Assembly (NCBI RefSeq): GCF_013149785.1 | Contig: NZ_JABEZU010000001.1 | Coordinates: 1 to 64,000, forward strand | DNA length: 64,000 bases | Direction: 5' to 3' | From: Isoptericola halotolerans | GTDB taxonomy: Bacteria; Actinomycetota; Actinomycetes; Actinomycetales; Cellulomonadaceae | Shown here: piece by piece, positions 9,192 through 18,570 of the stretch | Layout of the letters: every line of letters begins with the position of its first letter | How positions within the stretch are numbered: the first letter of the stretch is position 1 | The notes under the pieces: model-generated | What the model saw: the letters and a program-made list of their open reading frames with translations, nothing else | The model's database searches: none | Told to the model about the DNA's origin: nothing | Program-made: the position numbers and the translations under genes

Positions 9192-10349
9192 TCAGTGGCC
9201 GGCCTCGGCGACCCCCTGCTGCCACTCGATGAGGTCGTCGACCTTGTCCGCCAGCACCTGACCCGCGTCGTCGTCGCGCACCAGCGCGGCGGCGAGCTTC
9301 GCCGTCGGGCGCAGGATCCGGACGGCGCCCGCCTGGTCACCGGCGTCGGCAGCGGCCTGGGCCTGCCCGAGGCGGGTCTCCAGCTGCCGGACGGCGACCT
9401 TGTCACGCGCCGTGTCCTGCGGAAGCTCCTCGACGAGGGCGTCGACCTCGTTCCAGGTCACGCAGTCCCCGCCGCCGCTGACGGTGCCCGCGGTCCACTG
9501 GATGCCGCGCAGCACGCTGGTCAGGAAGACCGGGTCGGCCCAGGACTCCTCGACGTGACCGGCGCCCTGGTGCCAGGAGCGGCCGCCCTCGAAGTTCTGG
9601 CACCAGGCGATCGGGTGGTCGTCGCCCATCGTGCCGCCCTGGTAGGTGGACTCGTCCAGGGTCTGCAGCACGTGGACGGCGCCGCGCGGGTTGAGCGTGT
9701 AGTTGTACCACTCGTCCCAGCGCTCCCACGCCAGCGGGACGCCCTCCATCGAGGGGTGTGCGGAGTTCTCGACGCGCATGGTGGCGGTCTGCTGCTGCGG
9801 GTGGTTGGCAAACCGTGCCCCGCCGCCGATGAGCTGGGTGAACCAGCCCGAGGTGTGCATGGTGTCCGTGGCCGCGTGGATCCCGACGACGCCGCCGCCG
9901 TCGTGCACGTAGCCCTGCAGCGCGGCCAGCTCGGCGTCGTCGAGCAGGCGCGGCTGCGCGGGGTTGAGGTTGTTCGTGTTGTCGACGGGGGAGACGAAGA
10001 CGATCGAGTCGTACTGCGCCAGGTCGTCCGCGGAGGTGAACGGGGTGGTGTCCATCGTGAGGTCGGGCTGCCCCGGGGAGCCGGGGCCCCACCAGCCGCC
10101 CGAGCTGTTCGGCGGGTCCCACACGTCGACGTCGAAGCCGTGCTCGGCGCCGAGGTCGACGAGTGCGTGGGTCGTCTCGTCGATGTGGGAGTGGCGGAAC
10201 CCCAGGGTCTTGCCGACGACGAGGATGTCCTCGAGACCGTCGTCGGAGGCGGCCGTCGCCGGTGCGGCGGCGGCGACCAGGCCGAGAGTGGCGGCCGTGG
10301 CGGTGACCAGGCCGAGTGCACAACGGGTGCTGGACGTTCGGTTGCTCAT
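9192..10349 (-). CDS. Secreted ThuA-like (class I glutamine amidotransferase fold) protein with a helical C-terminal domain
   Basis: Signal peptide; KTLGFRHSHI, GGGVVGIHAATD, WDEWYNY, MGDDHPIAWC, GRSWHQGAGH. Confidence 0.85.
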   Translation of the reverse strand: MSNRTSSTRCALGLVTATAATLGLVAAAAPATAASDDGLEDILVVGKTLGFRHSHIDETTHALVDLGAEHGFDVDVWDPPNSSGGWWGPGSPGQPDLTMDTTPFTSADDLAQYDSIVFVSPVDNTNNLNPAQPRLLDDAELAALQGYVHDGGGVVGIHAATDTMHTSGWFTQLIGGGARFANHPQQQTATMRVENSAHPSMEGVPLAWERWDEWYNYTLNPRGAVHVLQTLDESTYQGGTMGDDHPIAWCQNFEGGRSWHQGAGHVEESWADPVFLTSVLRGIQWTAGTVSGGGDCVTWNEVDALVEELPQDTARDKVAVRQLETRLGQAQAAADAGDQAGAVRILRPTAKLAAALVRDDDAGQVLADKVDDLIEWQQGVAEAGH

Positions 10350-10458
10350 GACGCTCCTTCGCGCATGGGTCCATTCGTTGACCCGTTCAACTTAACCCTG
10401 CGGGCGCCGTTCTGGCTAGGAATCGACAGAAGTCGTCCATTGAGCAGCAGAAGCGGGT

Positions 10459-11220
10459 TCAGCTGATCCTGCGGCGATAGGCCGCGAGCGCCGCGACGTA
10501 GCCGACCACCAGGATGCCGACCAGCCAGGCCAGGGCGATCCAGATGTCCTGGCCGACCGGCTGCTGGTCGAACAGGGCCCGCAGGGTGTTGACGACGGAC
10601 GTGACCGGCTGGTTCTCGGCGAACCAGGCGACGGGCCCGGGCATGGTGTCGGTCGGCACGAACGCCGAGCTGATGAACGGCAGGAAGATCAGCGGGTAGC
10701 TGAAGGCGCTCGCACCGTCGACGGTCTTCGCCGAGAGCCCGGCGATGACGGCGAGCCAGGTCAGCGCCAGGGTGAACAGCGCCAGGATCCCGGCCACCGC
10801 GAACCAGGCGCCGACGGAGGCACCCGTGCGGAACCCCATGGCCAGGGCGACCCCGATGACGATCGCCACCGAGGTGAGGTTCGCGACGAGGGAGGTGAGC
10901 ACATGGCCCCAGAGCACGCTCGACCTGCCGATCGGCATGGACTGGAAGCGCTCGAAGATCCCTCCCTGCAGGTCGAGGAACAGCCGGTAGGCGGTGTACG
11001 CGATGCCCGAGGCGATCGTGATGAGCAGGATGCCGGGCAGCAGGTAGTCGACGTAGCTCTCGGAACCGGTGTCGATGGCTCCGCCGAACACGTAGACGAA
11101 CAGCAGCATGAGCGCGATCGGGGTGACCGCGGTGGTGATGATCGTGTCGGGGCTGCGGGAGATGTGACGCAGGGAGCGGCCGGTCAGGGCTCGGGTGTCG
11201 GCCAGGGCGTGGGTGGTCAT
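10459..11220 (-). CDS. ABC-2 type exporter permease (DrrB-like)
   Basis: Six TM segments; GIFERFQSMPI, FISSAFVPTDTMP, AENQPVT. Confidence 0.9.
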   Translation of the reverse strand: MTTHALADTRALTGRSLRHISRSPDTIITTAVTPIALMLLFVYVFGGAIDTGSESYVDYLLPGILLITIASGIAYTAYRLFLDLQGGIFERFQSMPIGRSSVLWGHVLTSLVANLTSVAIVIGVALAMGFRTGASVGAWFAVAGILALFTLALTWLAVIAGLSAKTVDGASAFSYPLIFLPFISSAFVPTDTMPGPVAWFAENQPVTSVVNTLRALFDQQPVGQDIWIALAWLVGILVVGYVAALAAYRRRIS

Positions 11221-12002
11221 CAGGACTCCTTGCGGGCAGAGGTGCCGACGAGGGACAGGAAGACGTCCTCGAGGGTGGGCTGCTTCTCGACGTACTCGAC
11301 CTGGGCCGGCGGCAGGAGGGCCTCGAGCTCGGCGAGGGTCCCGTCCTGGATGATCGTGCCCTCGTGCAGGATGGCGATGCGGTCGGCGAGCTGTTCGGCC
11401 TCGTCGAGGTACTGGGTGGTCAGCAGCACGGTCGTGCCGCTCTCGGCCAGCTTCTTGACGCCCTTCCAGACGTCGATCCGGGCCTGCGGGTCCAGGCCGT
11501 TGGTGGGTTCGTCGAGGAAGACGATCGGCGGGTCGCCGACGAGGCTCATCGCGATGTCGAGGCGGCGTCGCATGCCGCCCGAGTACGTGGCGGCCCTGCG
11601 GCCGCCGGCCTCGGTGAGCGAGAACCGGGCGAGCAGCTCGTCGGCGACGGCGCCGGGATCCTTCAGGTGGCGCAGCCGGGCGACGAGGACCAGGTTCTCC
11701 CGGCCGGTGAGGATCTCGTCGACGGCCGCGAACTGGCCCGTCAGACTGATGGACTCGCGGACGGCGCCCGGTCTGGCGGCGACGTCGTGGCCGTGGACCG
11801 TCGCGGTACCCGCGTCGGCCTTCAGCAGCGTGGACAGGATCCGCACCAGCGTGGTCTTGCCGGCGCCGTTCGAGCCGAGCAGGGCGACGATGCTCCCTGC
11901 TTCGACGTCGAGGTCGACGCCGCGCAGCACCTGCAGGTCCTGGAAGGACTTCTGGATGCCCTGCACGCGGAGGGCGGGCTGGGCGGGCTGGTCGTGGGTC
12001 AT
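11220..12002 (-). CDS. ABC exporter ATP-binding protein (DrrA-like)
   Basis: GSNGAGKTT, YSGGMRRRLD, FLDEPT, LTTQYLDEA; start MTHDQP after an AGGAGA RBS. Confidence 0.92.
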   Translation of the reverse strand: MTHDQPAQPALRVQGIQKSFQDLQVLRGVDLDVEAGSIVALLGSNGAGKTTLVRILSTLLKADAGTATVHGHDVAARPGAVRESISLTGQFAAVDEILTGRENLVLVARLRHLKDPGAVADELLARFSLTEAGGRRAATYSGGMRRRLDIAMSLVGDPPIVFLDEPTNGLDPQARIDVWKGVKKLAESGTTVLLTTQYLDEAEQLADRIAILHEGTIIQDGTLAELEALLPPAQVEYVEKQPTLEDVFLSLVGTSARKES

Positions 12003-12030
12003 CGTCGCTCTCCTTCTTGGGTCGGTGGTC

Positions 12031-12873
12031 TCACGGCCGGCGCACGACGATGTCGCCGAAGCCGGTGCGGGCGTGGATCTCGGCCGTCGACTCGTCGTCG
12101 ACCGGGCCCTCGGTGGGCGTGAGCTGGTTGCGGACGGAGCCGTGCTCCGAGGTGACGTCGAGGTAGGCGGCGGTGCCCTCGGGCACGCCCACCTCGATCG
12201 AGCCGTAGGACGTGGCGAGCGTGACGTCCCCGGACTCGAGGGTGCCGACACGGACGTTCCCGTGGGCGCCCTTGGCCGTGAGGCTGCCGCGCACGCGGCG
12301 CACCTCGATGTCACCGTGCGCGCCGTGCACCTCCAGGCTGCCCGTCAGCACCCCGACGGCCGTGGTGCCGTTGCTCGCGCGCAGCACCCCGGTGCCGGCG
12401 ACCTGGTCGACGCGTACCGACCCGGAGCCCACCTTGACGTTCAGCGCGTCGAGGACCGTTGCCGCGGAGACCGAACCCGCGGAGACCTTCAGGTCGAGCC
12501 GCGAGACGTCGTCCAGGCGGGCGTTGCCGGCGGAGAGAGTCATGTCGACGGTGTCGAGGGTGCCCTCGGCGTAGAGCGATCCGGTCTTGCCGCGGACGGT
12601 GGAGCCGGTGGGCAGCTCGATCGTGACGTCGGCGGTCCCTGCGGCGAAGGGCAGCACGAACTGCTTCCAGGAGCCCGGGTAGGTGAGGGTGATCGCATCA
12701 CCCTGGCGTTCGACGCGCACCTCCTCCGCGGCACGCACGCTGCCGGACTTCGAGGGGTCGGTGGGCAGGACGGTGACGACGACGTCGTCACGATCGGAGG
12801 CGACGGCGTGCACCTGGGCGAAGGGCACCTCCACGACGACGGTGGCGGGGTGGGGGGCGGGGAAAGTGGGCAT
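12031..12873 (-). CDS. DUF4097 family beta-strand repeat protein
   Basis: MPTFPAPHP start, repeated GxV/GxI beta motifs, ending ARTGFGDIVVRR; typical position upstream of an ABC exporter. Confidence 0.8.
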   Translation of the reverse strand: MPTFPAPHPATVVVEVPFAQVHAVASDRDDVVVTVLPTDPSKSGSVRAAEEVRVERQGDAITLTYPGSWKQFVLPFAAGTADVTIELPTGSTVRGKTGSLYAEGTLDTVDMTLSAGNARLDDVSRLDLKVSAGSVSAATVLDALNVKVGSGSVRVDQVAGTGVLRASNGTTAVGVLTGSLEVHGAHGDIEVRRVRGSLTAKGAHGNVRVGTLESGDVTLATSYGSIEVGVPEGTAAYLDVTSEHGSVRNQLTPTEGPVDDESTAEIHARTGFGDIVVRRP

Positions 12874-12889
12874 GACGGAGCTCCCAGGG

Positions 12890-12908
12890 TGGTGTCAGTC
12901 TGGTGTCA
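12890..12908. promoter_or_regulatory. Tandem TGGTGTCA half-sites upstream of the DUF4097 gene
   Basis: TGGTGTCA at 12890-12897 and 12901-12908; same octamer as at 13460-13499. Confidence 0.55.
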
Positions 12909-12946
12909 GGGCGATGCTGGCGGACAGGGGTGTGGTGGGAAGCGGG

Positions 12947-13450
12947 TCAGCGGACCCATCCGGTGGCGCGGCTGCCGCCGCGAGACGGCCGGCCCGCCGC
13001 GGGGCGGCCGGTGGACTGCTCCAGGGCAGCGGCGACCGCTCGCACGAGCCAGGTGTTGACCGACACGCCCTCCTGGGCGGCGGCGGTCTCGGCCTGCGTC
13101 TTGAGGTGGTCCGGGAGCCGCAGGGTGGTGCGCGTCGTGGCGCCGGCGTCGGCGTCGACGACCGGCGGGGCCGTCGGTGCTGGTGCCGGTGACGTGCCGT
13201 CGGATGCCACGGGGACGTCGACGACGAACTCGGGCGACCCGGCCCGCAGCCGGATGTCCACCGAGCCCGGGGCGATCTCCGCGGAGATCTCGCCGGCCGC
13301 GTCGGAGAGCGCCTCGAGCAGCACGAGGCGTGCTGCTGAGTCGAGCGGTGCGGTGAGCCGGTCGGCGAGTTCGCGGGCCTCGTCGCTGCCGGCGGAGGCG
13401 GCGGTGCGGAGCTGCTGCTGCAGCGAGTCCACGTAACGGGTCAAGTCCAT
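12947..13450 (-). CDS. Ribbon-helix-helix DNA-binding protein (often annotated as HicB-family antitoxin)
   Basis: Start MDLTRYVDSL; C-terminal RTTLRLPDHLKTQAETAAAQEGVSVNTWLVRAV RHH motif. Confidence 0.8.
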   Translation of the reverse strand: MDLTRYVDSLQQQLRTAASAGSDEARELADRLTAPLDSAARLVLLEALSDAAGEISAEIAPGSVDIRLRAGSPEFVVDVPVASDGTSPAPAPTAPPVVDADAGATTRTTLRLPDHLKTQAETAAAQEGVSVNTWLVRAVAAALEQSTGRPAAGRPSRGGSRATGWVR

Positions 13451-13459
13451 GACTTCACT

Positions 13460-13499
13460 ATGACACCACAATGGTGTCATTGCAAGAGGTGTGACACCA
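13460..13499. promoter_or_regulatory. Operator array for the RHH regulator
   Basis: ATGACACCA-CAA-TGGTGTCAT perfect inverted repeat (13460-13480) plus TGACACCA at 13492-13499. Confidence 0.7.
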
Positions 13500-13519
13500 C
13501 CCTCTTGTGCCGGCCGCGA

Positions 13520-14530
13520 TCAGGCCGAGTCGCGCCAGACGACGTCGGTGGGCAGCGTGACGCTCTCGGGGGTGCGGCCCTCGAGCTGTTCGAGCACGAG
13601 CCGCGCGGCGGCGCGGCCCATCTCGGCGGCAGGCTGGTGGACCGTGGACAGCGGGGGGTTGCACCGCAGTGCCCAGGCGCTGTCGTCGAAGCCGACGACG
13701 CCGACGTCGTCGGGGACCGTGCGGCCGGCGGACCGCAGCGCCTCGATCGCTCCGGCGGCCACGGCGTCGGAGGCGGCGAACACCCCGTCGACGTCCGGCG
13801 CGCGCCGCAGCAGCTCGGTCATGGTGCTGACCCCGGCGTGGTACGAGTACAGCGGGTCGGCGACGACGAGGTGCTCGTCGAACCGGGGCCCGAGGGCGTC
13901 GCGGAACCCGGCGAGCCGGTCGGCGCCGGAGTCGCGGTCGAGGGCGCTGGCCAGCATGCCGATGCGCCGGCGGCCGGTGTCGCGCAGTCGGGTGGTGAGC
14001 GTGCGGGCTGCGGCGCGGTTGTCGATGCCGACGTAGGGGATCGCGGGGCGGCCCTCGGGGTGCCCGACGAACGCGGCGGGCAGGCGGATCTCCTCGACGG
14101 CGTCGGCGACCTGGTCGTGCGAGCGGGCCGAGACGAGGACGGCGCCGTCGACGAACCCTCCGCGCAGGTAGCTCGAGACGCGGGCGGCGTCGTCGTCGGA
14201 GTCGACGACGAGCACCACGAGCTGGTGGTCGGCCTCGGCGACGACGGCGTTGGTGCCGAGGAGGATCCCGCCGATGTTGGGGTCCTCGAGGAACAGCTGG
14301 TGCGGTTCGTGGACGACGAACCCGATGGCCCACGTCTTGCGCATGACGAGGTTGCGGGCGGCGTTGTTGCGCACGTACCCGACCTCGGCGATGGCGGCCT
14401 CGATGCGGGCGCGGGCCTCGGCGGAGACGTAGCCGGTGCCGTTGAGCGCGCGGGACACGGTGCCGCGGGACACGCCGGCGTGGGCCGCGACGTCGTGCAC
14501 CGTCGCTCGGACGCGCCCTGGTGAGGTCAT
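13520..14530 (-). CDS. LacI family regulator of the galactoside locus
   Basis: ATVHDVAAHAGVSRGTVSRALNG HTH; VPDDVGVVGFDD, PPLSTVHQP; start MTSPGRV. Confidence 0.93.
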   Translation of the reverse strand: MTSPGRVRATVHDVAAHAGVSRGTVSRALNGTGYVSAEARARIEAAIAEVGYVRNNAARNLVMRKTWAIGFVVHEPHQLFLEDPNIGGILLGTNAVVAEADHQLVVLVVDSDDDAARVSSYLRGGFVDGAVLVSARSHDQVADAVEEIRLPAAFVGHPEGRPAIPYVGIDNRAAARTLTTRLRDTGRRRIGMLASALDRDSGADRLAGFRDALGPRFDEHLVVADPLYSYHAGVSTMTELLRRAPDVDGVFAASDAVAAGAIEALRSAGRTVPDDVGVVGFDDSAWALRCNPPLSTVHQPAAEMGRAAARLVLEQLEGRTPESVTLPTDVVWRDSA

Positions 14531-14558
14531 GGGCACAGCGTATCCATCAGGACACGAT

Positions 14559-14622
14559 TGTGTGCACGTGTACACACCGGGCGCCACATGGGGTACTCTC
14601 CCAATGTGTGCACGTGCACACA
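14559..14622. promoter_or_regulatory. Two CG-centred palindromic LacI-type operators
   Basis: TGTGTGCACGTGTACACA (14559-14576) and perfect TGTGTGCACGTGCACACA (14605-14622), between the divergent genes. Confidence 0.7.
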
Positions 14623-14652
14623 CCCCTTCAAGGATGAGGATCGGTCGTCGAC

Positions 14653-16701
14653 GTGGACCCCAGAACGAGCCGAGGGCGGCTCCCGCTCCCGCAGCGCGGC
14701 ATCGCGTTCGGCGGTGACTACAACCCCGAGCAGTGGCCCCGCGAGACGTGGGCGGAGGACGTCCGCCTCATGCGCGAGGCCGGGGTCGACCTGGTCGCCG
14801 TCAACGTCTTCGGATGGGCCGAGATCGAGCGAGCCCCCGGCGAGTACCGCTTCGAGGACCTCGACCACGTCATGGACCTGCTGCACGAGCACGGCATCGC
14901 CGTGAACCTCGGCACCGGCACCTCGACCCCGCCCCCCTGGCTCACCACCCGGCACCCCGAGATCCTGCCCGTCACCCGTGACGGCGGCACCGTCAGCCCG
15001 GGCGGACGGCAGGCCTGGTGCCCCAGCTCGCCCGTGCTGCGCGACCACGCCGAACGCCTCGTGCGCACGGTCGCGGAGCGCTACGGCGAGCACCCCGCGC
15101 TCGCGCTGTGGCACGTGTCCAACGAGCTCGGCTGCCACAACGCGCTGTGCTACTGCGACGAGTCGGCCGCGGCGTTCCGCCGCTGGCTCGCCCAGCGGTA
15201 CGGCACCGTCGACGCGCTCAACGCGGCCTGGGGGACCAGCTTCTGGAGCCAGCGGTACGGGTCCTTCGAGGAGGTCCTGCCACCGCGGGCGACCGCCTCG
15301 CCGGAGAACCCCACCCAGGTCCTCGACTTCCGCCGCTTCAGCTCCGACGCCCTGCTCGACTGGTACCACGCCGAGGCGGCGATCCTGCGCGCGACCACCA
15401 CCACGCCGGTGACCACCAACTTCATGGTCACCGCGCACATCGCCACCCAGGACTACCGGGCCTGGGCCCCGCACATGGACGTCGTCGCGAACGATCACTA
15501 CCTCGACCACCGGCTGCCCGACCCCTGGGCCGAGCTCGCCTTCGCCGCCGACGCCACCCGCGGCCTGGCCGACGGTGCCCCGTGGATGCTCATGGAGGCC
15601 TCGCACGGAGCGGTGAACTGGCAGCCGCGCAACATCGCCAAGCGTCCGGGCGAGCTCGAGCGCATGGTCCTGACCCACGTCGCCCGCGGCGCCGACGCCG
15701 TGTGCTTCTTCCAGTGGCGGGCCTCGCGCGCCGGCGCCGAGCAGTTCCACTCCGCGCTGCTGCCGCACGCCGGCACCGAGTCCACCCAGTGGCGGGCGAC
15801 CCTGCGCCTCGGCGCCCTGCTGGACTCCCTCGACGACGTCGCGGGCAGCACCGTCACCAGCGACGTCGCGCTGCTGTTCGACTGGCAGGCCTGGTGGGCC
15901 ACCGACGCGCCCGGCCACCCCACCCAGGACGTGCGCTACCTCGACGAGGTGCACGCGATGCACGCCGCGCTCCGCCGGAGCGGAGCTGGAGTCGACGTCG
16001 TGGCGCCGGGCGCCGACCTGTCCGGCTACCGGCTCGTCGTCGTGCCCACGCTCTTCCTCGTCGCCGACGAGGCGGCCGCGGCGCTCGAGCGGTACGTGGA
16101 CGCCGGCGGGCACCTGCTGGTCACCTACTTCTCCGGGATCGTCGACGAGCACGACCACGTCCGTACCGGCGGCTACCCCGGTGCGTTCCGGGACGTGCTC
16201 GGGCTGCGCACCGACGAGTTCTTCCCGCTCGACGCCGGTCAGCGGGTCGCGCTGGACGACGGCGGCACCGGGCAGGTGTGGACCGAGCGCGTCGAGACCC
16301 GCGGCGCGACGGTCGAGAGCCGCTTCACGGACGGCCCCGTCGCCGGGCTGCCGGCCGTGACGCGGCACGAGCACGGCGCGGGCGTCGCCCGGTACGTCGC
16401 GACCCGCCTGGACACGCCGGACCGGGACGGCCTGGCGGCCCGGGCGCTCGCCGACGCAGGCGTCGAGCCGGTCCTGGCCGGCGCACCGGCGACGGTCGAC
16501 GCCGTCCGGCGTCGAGACGAGGCGTCGTCCTACCTGTTCGTCGTCAACCACGGGAGCGAACCGTTCGTCGCGCACGCGCCGGGCGTGGAGCTCCTGTCGG
16601 GCCGGACGGCGGACACGCACGAGGTGCCGGGCGGCGGCGTCGCCGTCGTCCGCGAGCAGTCGACGACGGACCGACGGTCCGGGCAGGAGGCGACAGCATG
16701 A
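14653..16701 (+). CDS. Beta-galactosidase, GH42
   Basis: FGGDYNPEQW, WHVSNELGC (acid/base Glu), WGTSFWSQRY, WMLMEAS (nucleophile Glu), FFQWRASRAGAEQFHS. Confidence 0.95.
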   Translation: MDPRTSRGRLPLPQRGIAFGGDYNPEQWPRETWAEDVRLMREAGVDLVAVNVFGWAEIERAPGEYRFEDLDHVMDLLHEHGIAVNLGTGTSTPPPWLTTRHPEILPVTRDGGTVSPGGRQAWCPSSPVLRDHAERLVRTVAERYGEHPALALWHVSNELGCHNALCYCDESAAAFRRWLAQRYGTVDALNAAWGTSFWSQRYGSFEEVLPPRATASPENPTQVLDFRRFSSDALLDWYHAEAAILRATTTTPVTTNFMVTAHIATQDYRAWAPHMDVVANDHYLDHRLPDPWAELAFAADATRGLADGAPWMLMEASHGAVNWQPRNIAKRPGELERMVLTHVARGADAVCFFQWRASRAGAEQFHSALLPHAGTESTQWRATLRLGALLDSLDDVAGSTVTSDVALLFDWQAWWATDAPGHPTQDVRYLDEVHAMHAALRRSGAGVDVVAPGADLSGYRLVVVPTLFLVADEAAAALERYVDAGGHLLVTYFSGIVDEHDHVRTGGYPGAFRDVLGLRTDEFFPLDAGQRVALDDGGTGQVWTERVETRGATVESRFTDGPVAGLPAVTRHEHGAGVARYVATRLDTPDRDGLAARALADAGVEPVLAGAPATVDAVRRRDEASSYLFVVNHGSEPFVAHAPGVELLSGRTADTHEVPGGGVAVVREQSTTDRRSGQEATA

Positions 16702-17621
16702 GCACGGTCACCGCAGGCAGGCGCGCACCCCGCAGGTCGGGGTCACCACCGCGCGGACGGACGCACCACGCCGGGGCGCTGGCGATCCTCGTCGTGCCGT
16801 TCTTCGTCCTGTTCACGATGTTCTACCTGGTGCCCATCGGCTACGCGGTGTTCCGGTCGTTCCGCACCGTGGAGCGCGAGGGGACCTTCGGGCCCGCCAC
16901 GGAGGTGTTCGGCGGCCTGACCCAGTACGAGCAGGTCTTCGCCTCCGACGCCTTCTGGGCCTCCCTCGGCCGGGTGCTGCTCTTCGGCGCGGTGCAGGTG
17001 CCCGTCATGCTCGGCCTCGCGCTGGTGCTGGCCCTGCTCATCGACTCCCCGCTCGTGCGGGGCAAGAAGTTCTACCGGCTGGCGTTCTTCGCGCCGTACG
17101 CCGTGCCCGGCGTCATCGCCGCCATCATGTGGGGCTTCCTGTACTCGCCGAGCCTGTCGCCGTTCAGCGCCGTGACCAGCAGCGTGCCCCTCCTCGGCGG
17201 CGGGCTGGTGCTGTGGGCGATCGCGAACGTCGTCACGTGGGTCTACGCGGGCTACAACATGCTCATCATCTACTCCGCGCTGCAGGCCATCCCCGGGGAG
17301 ATCTACGAGGCGGCGCGCATCGACGGCGCCGGACAGCTCCGCATCGCCTGGTCGGTGAAGATCCCGCTCGTGGTGCCCGCGCTCGTGCTGACCGGGGTGT
17401 TCTCGATCATCGGCACGCTGCAGCTGCTCACCGAGCCGCAGGTGTTCCGCACGTTCACCACCTCGGTCAGCTCCACCTTCACCCCGAACCTCGTGGTGTA
17501 CACGACCTCCACGGTGCCGAACTTCAACCTGGCCGCCGCGTTCTCCGTGGTGCTGGCGCTGCTGACGTTCGTGCTGTCGTTCGTGTTCCTGCGCCTGACG
17601 CAGAGGAAGGCCTTCCAGTGA
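16698..17621 (+). CDS. Carbohydrate ABC transporter permease
   Basis: Start MSTVTAG overlaps the GH42 stop; EIYEAARIDGA EAA loop. Confidence 0.92.
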   Translation: MSTVTAGRRAPRRSGSPPRGRTHHAGALAILVVPFFVLFTMFYLVPIGYAVFRSFRTVEREGTFGPATEVFGGLTQYEQVFASDAFWASLGRVLLFGAVQVPVMLGLALVLALLIDSPLVRGKKFYRLAFFAPYAVPGVIAAIMWGFLYSPSLSPFSAVTSSVPLLGGGLVLWAIANVVTWVYAGYNMLIIYSALQAIPGEIYEAARIDGAGQLRIAWSVKIPLVVPALVLTGVFSIIGTLQLLTEPQVFRTFTTSVSSTFTPNLVVYTTSTVPNFNLAAAFSVVLALLTFVLSFVFLRLTQRKAFQ

Positions 17622-18520
17622 GCATCCTGACGAGGACCGACGGCTACGGCCCGACGACGGCCCGCGACGGGGGCAAGGTCCGCGAGCGCCCCATGTCCCG
17701 CCTCGTGGCGTTCGTCATCATGGGTGCCTTCACCCTGTACTTCCTGGTGCCCATCTGGTGGCTGGCGGTGGCCTCCACCAAGTCGCGCGGGCAGTTCTCC
17801 TCCACGGCCGGGCTGTGGTTCGCGGACTTCCACCTGTGGGACAACCTCACGTACCTGTTCACCTACGACGGCGGCGTCTACCTGCGCTGGCTCGGCAACG
17901 CCGTGCTCTACGCCGGGGTGGGCGCGGTGCTGGGCACGCTGCTCGCGTCGATGTGCGGGTACGCCCTGGCGAAGTACGCGTTCCGTGGCCGCGACCTGCT
18001 GTTCAACATCATCCTCGGCGGGGTGCTGGTCCCGGTCACGGCGCTCGCGCTGCCGCTGTTCCTCATCTTCAGCGCCGTGGACATGACCAACACGTACTGG
18101 TCGGTGTTCCTGCCCAGCCTCGTCAGTCCGTTCGGGGTGTACCTCGCGCGGATCTACGCCGCGGCCAGCGTGCCCGACGAGCTGCTCGAGGCGGCCCGCC
18201 TGGACGGCTCGGGCGAGGTGCGCACCTTCTTCACCGTCTCGGTGCGGCTCATGGCACCGGCCCTGGTGACGATCTTCCTGTTCCAGTTCGTCACCATCTG
18301 GAACAACTTCTTCCTGCCCCTGGTGATGCTCTCGGACGACAAGCTCTACCCCGTGACGCTCGGGCTGTACGCGTGGAACTCCCAGACGAACGCCGTCCCG
18401 GAGCTGCGCACCGCCGTCATCGTCGGCGCCTTCGTCGCGATCGTCCCCCTGATCCTCGCCTTCCTGGGGCTGCAGCGCTTCTGGCGCGGCGGCCTCGCCG
18501 CCGGCGGTGTCAAGGCATGA
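17618..18520 (+). CDS. Carbohydrate ABC transporter permease
   Basis: GYALAKYAFRGR, ELLEAARLDG, WNNFFLPL; GTG start overlaps the upstream stop. Confidence 0.92.
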   Translation: MSILTRTDGYGPTTARDGGKVRERPMSRLVAFVIMGAFTLYFLVPIWWLAVASTKSRGQFSSTAGLWFADFHLWDNLTYLFTYDGGVYLRWLGNAVLYAGVGAVLGTLLASMCGYALAKYAFRGRDLLFNIILGGVLVPVTALALPLFLIFSAVDMTNTYWSVFLPSLVSPFGVYLARIYAAASVPDELLEAARLDGSGEVRTFFTVSVRLMAPALVTIFLFQFVTIWNNFFLPLVMLSDDKLYPVTLGLYAWNSQTNAVPELRTAVIVGAFVAIVPLILAFLGLQRFWRGGLAAGGVKA

Positions 18521-18570
18521 CACCCGCCCTCCCGACCTGCTCGACCCCGCCCCGTTCAAGGAGGAACACC

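Noticed and set aside
12947..13450. HicAB toxin-antitoxin system
   Set aside because: No HicA-like gene is adjacent; context and operators fit a transcriptional regulator.
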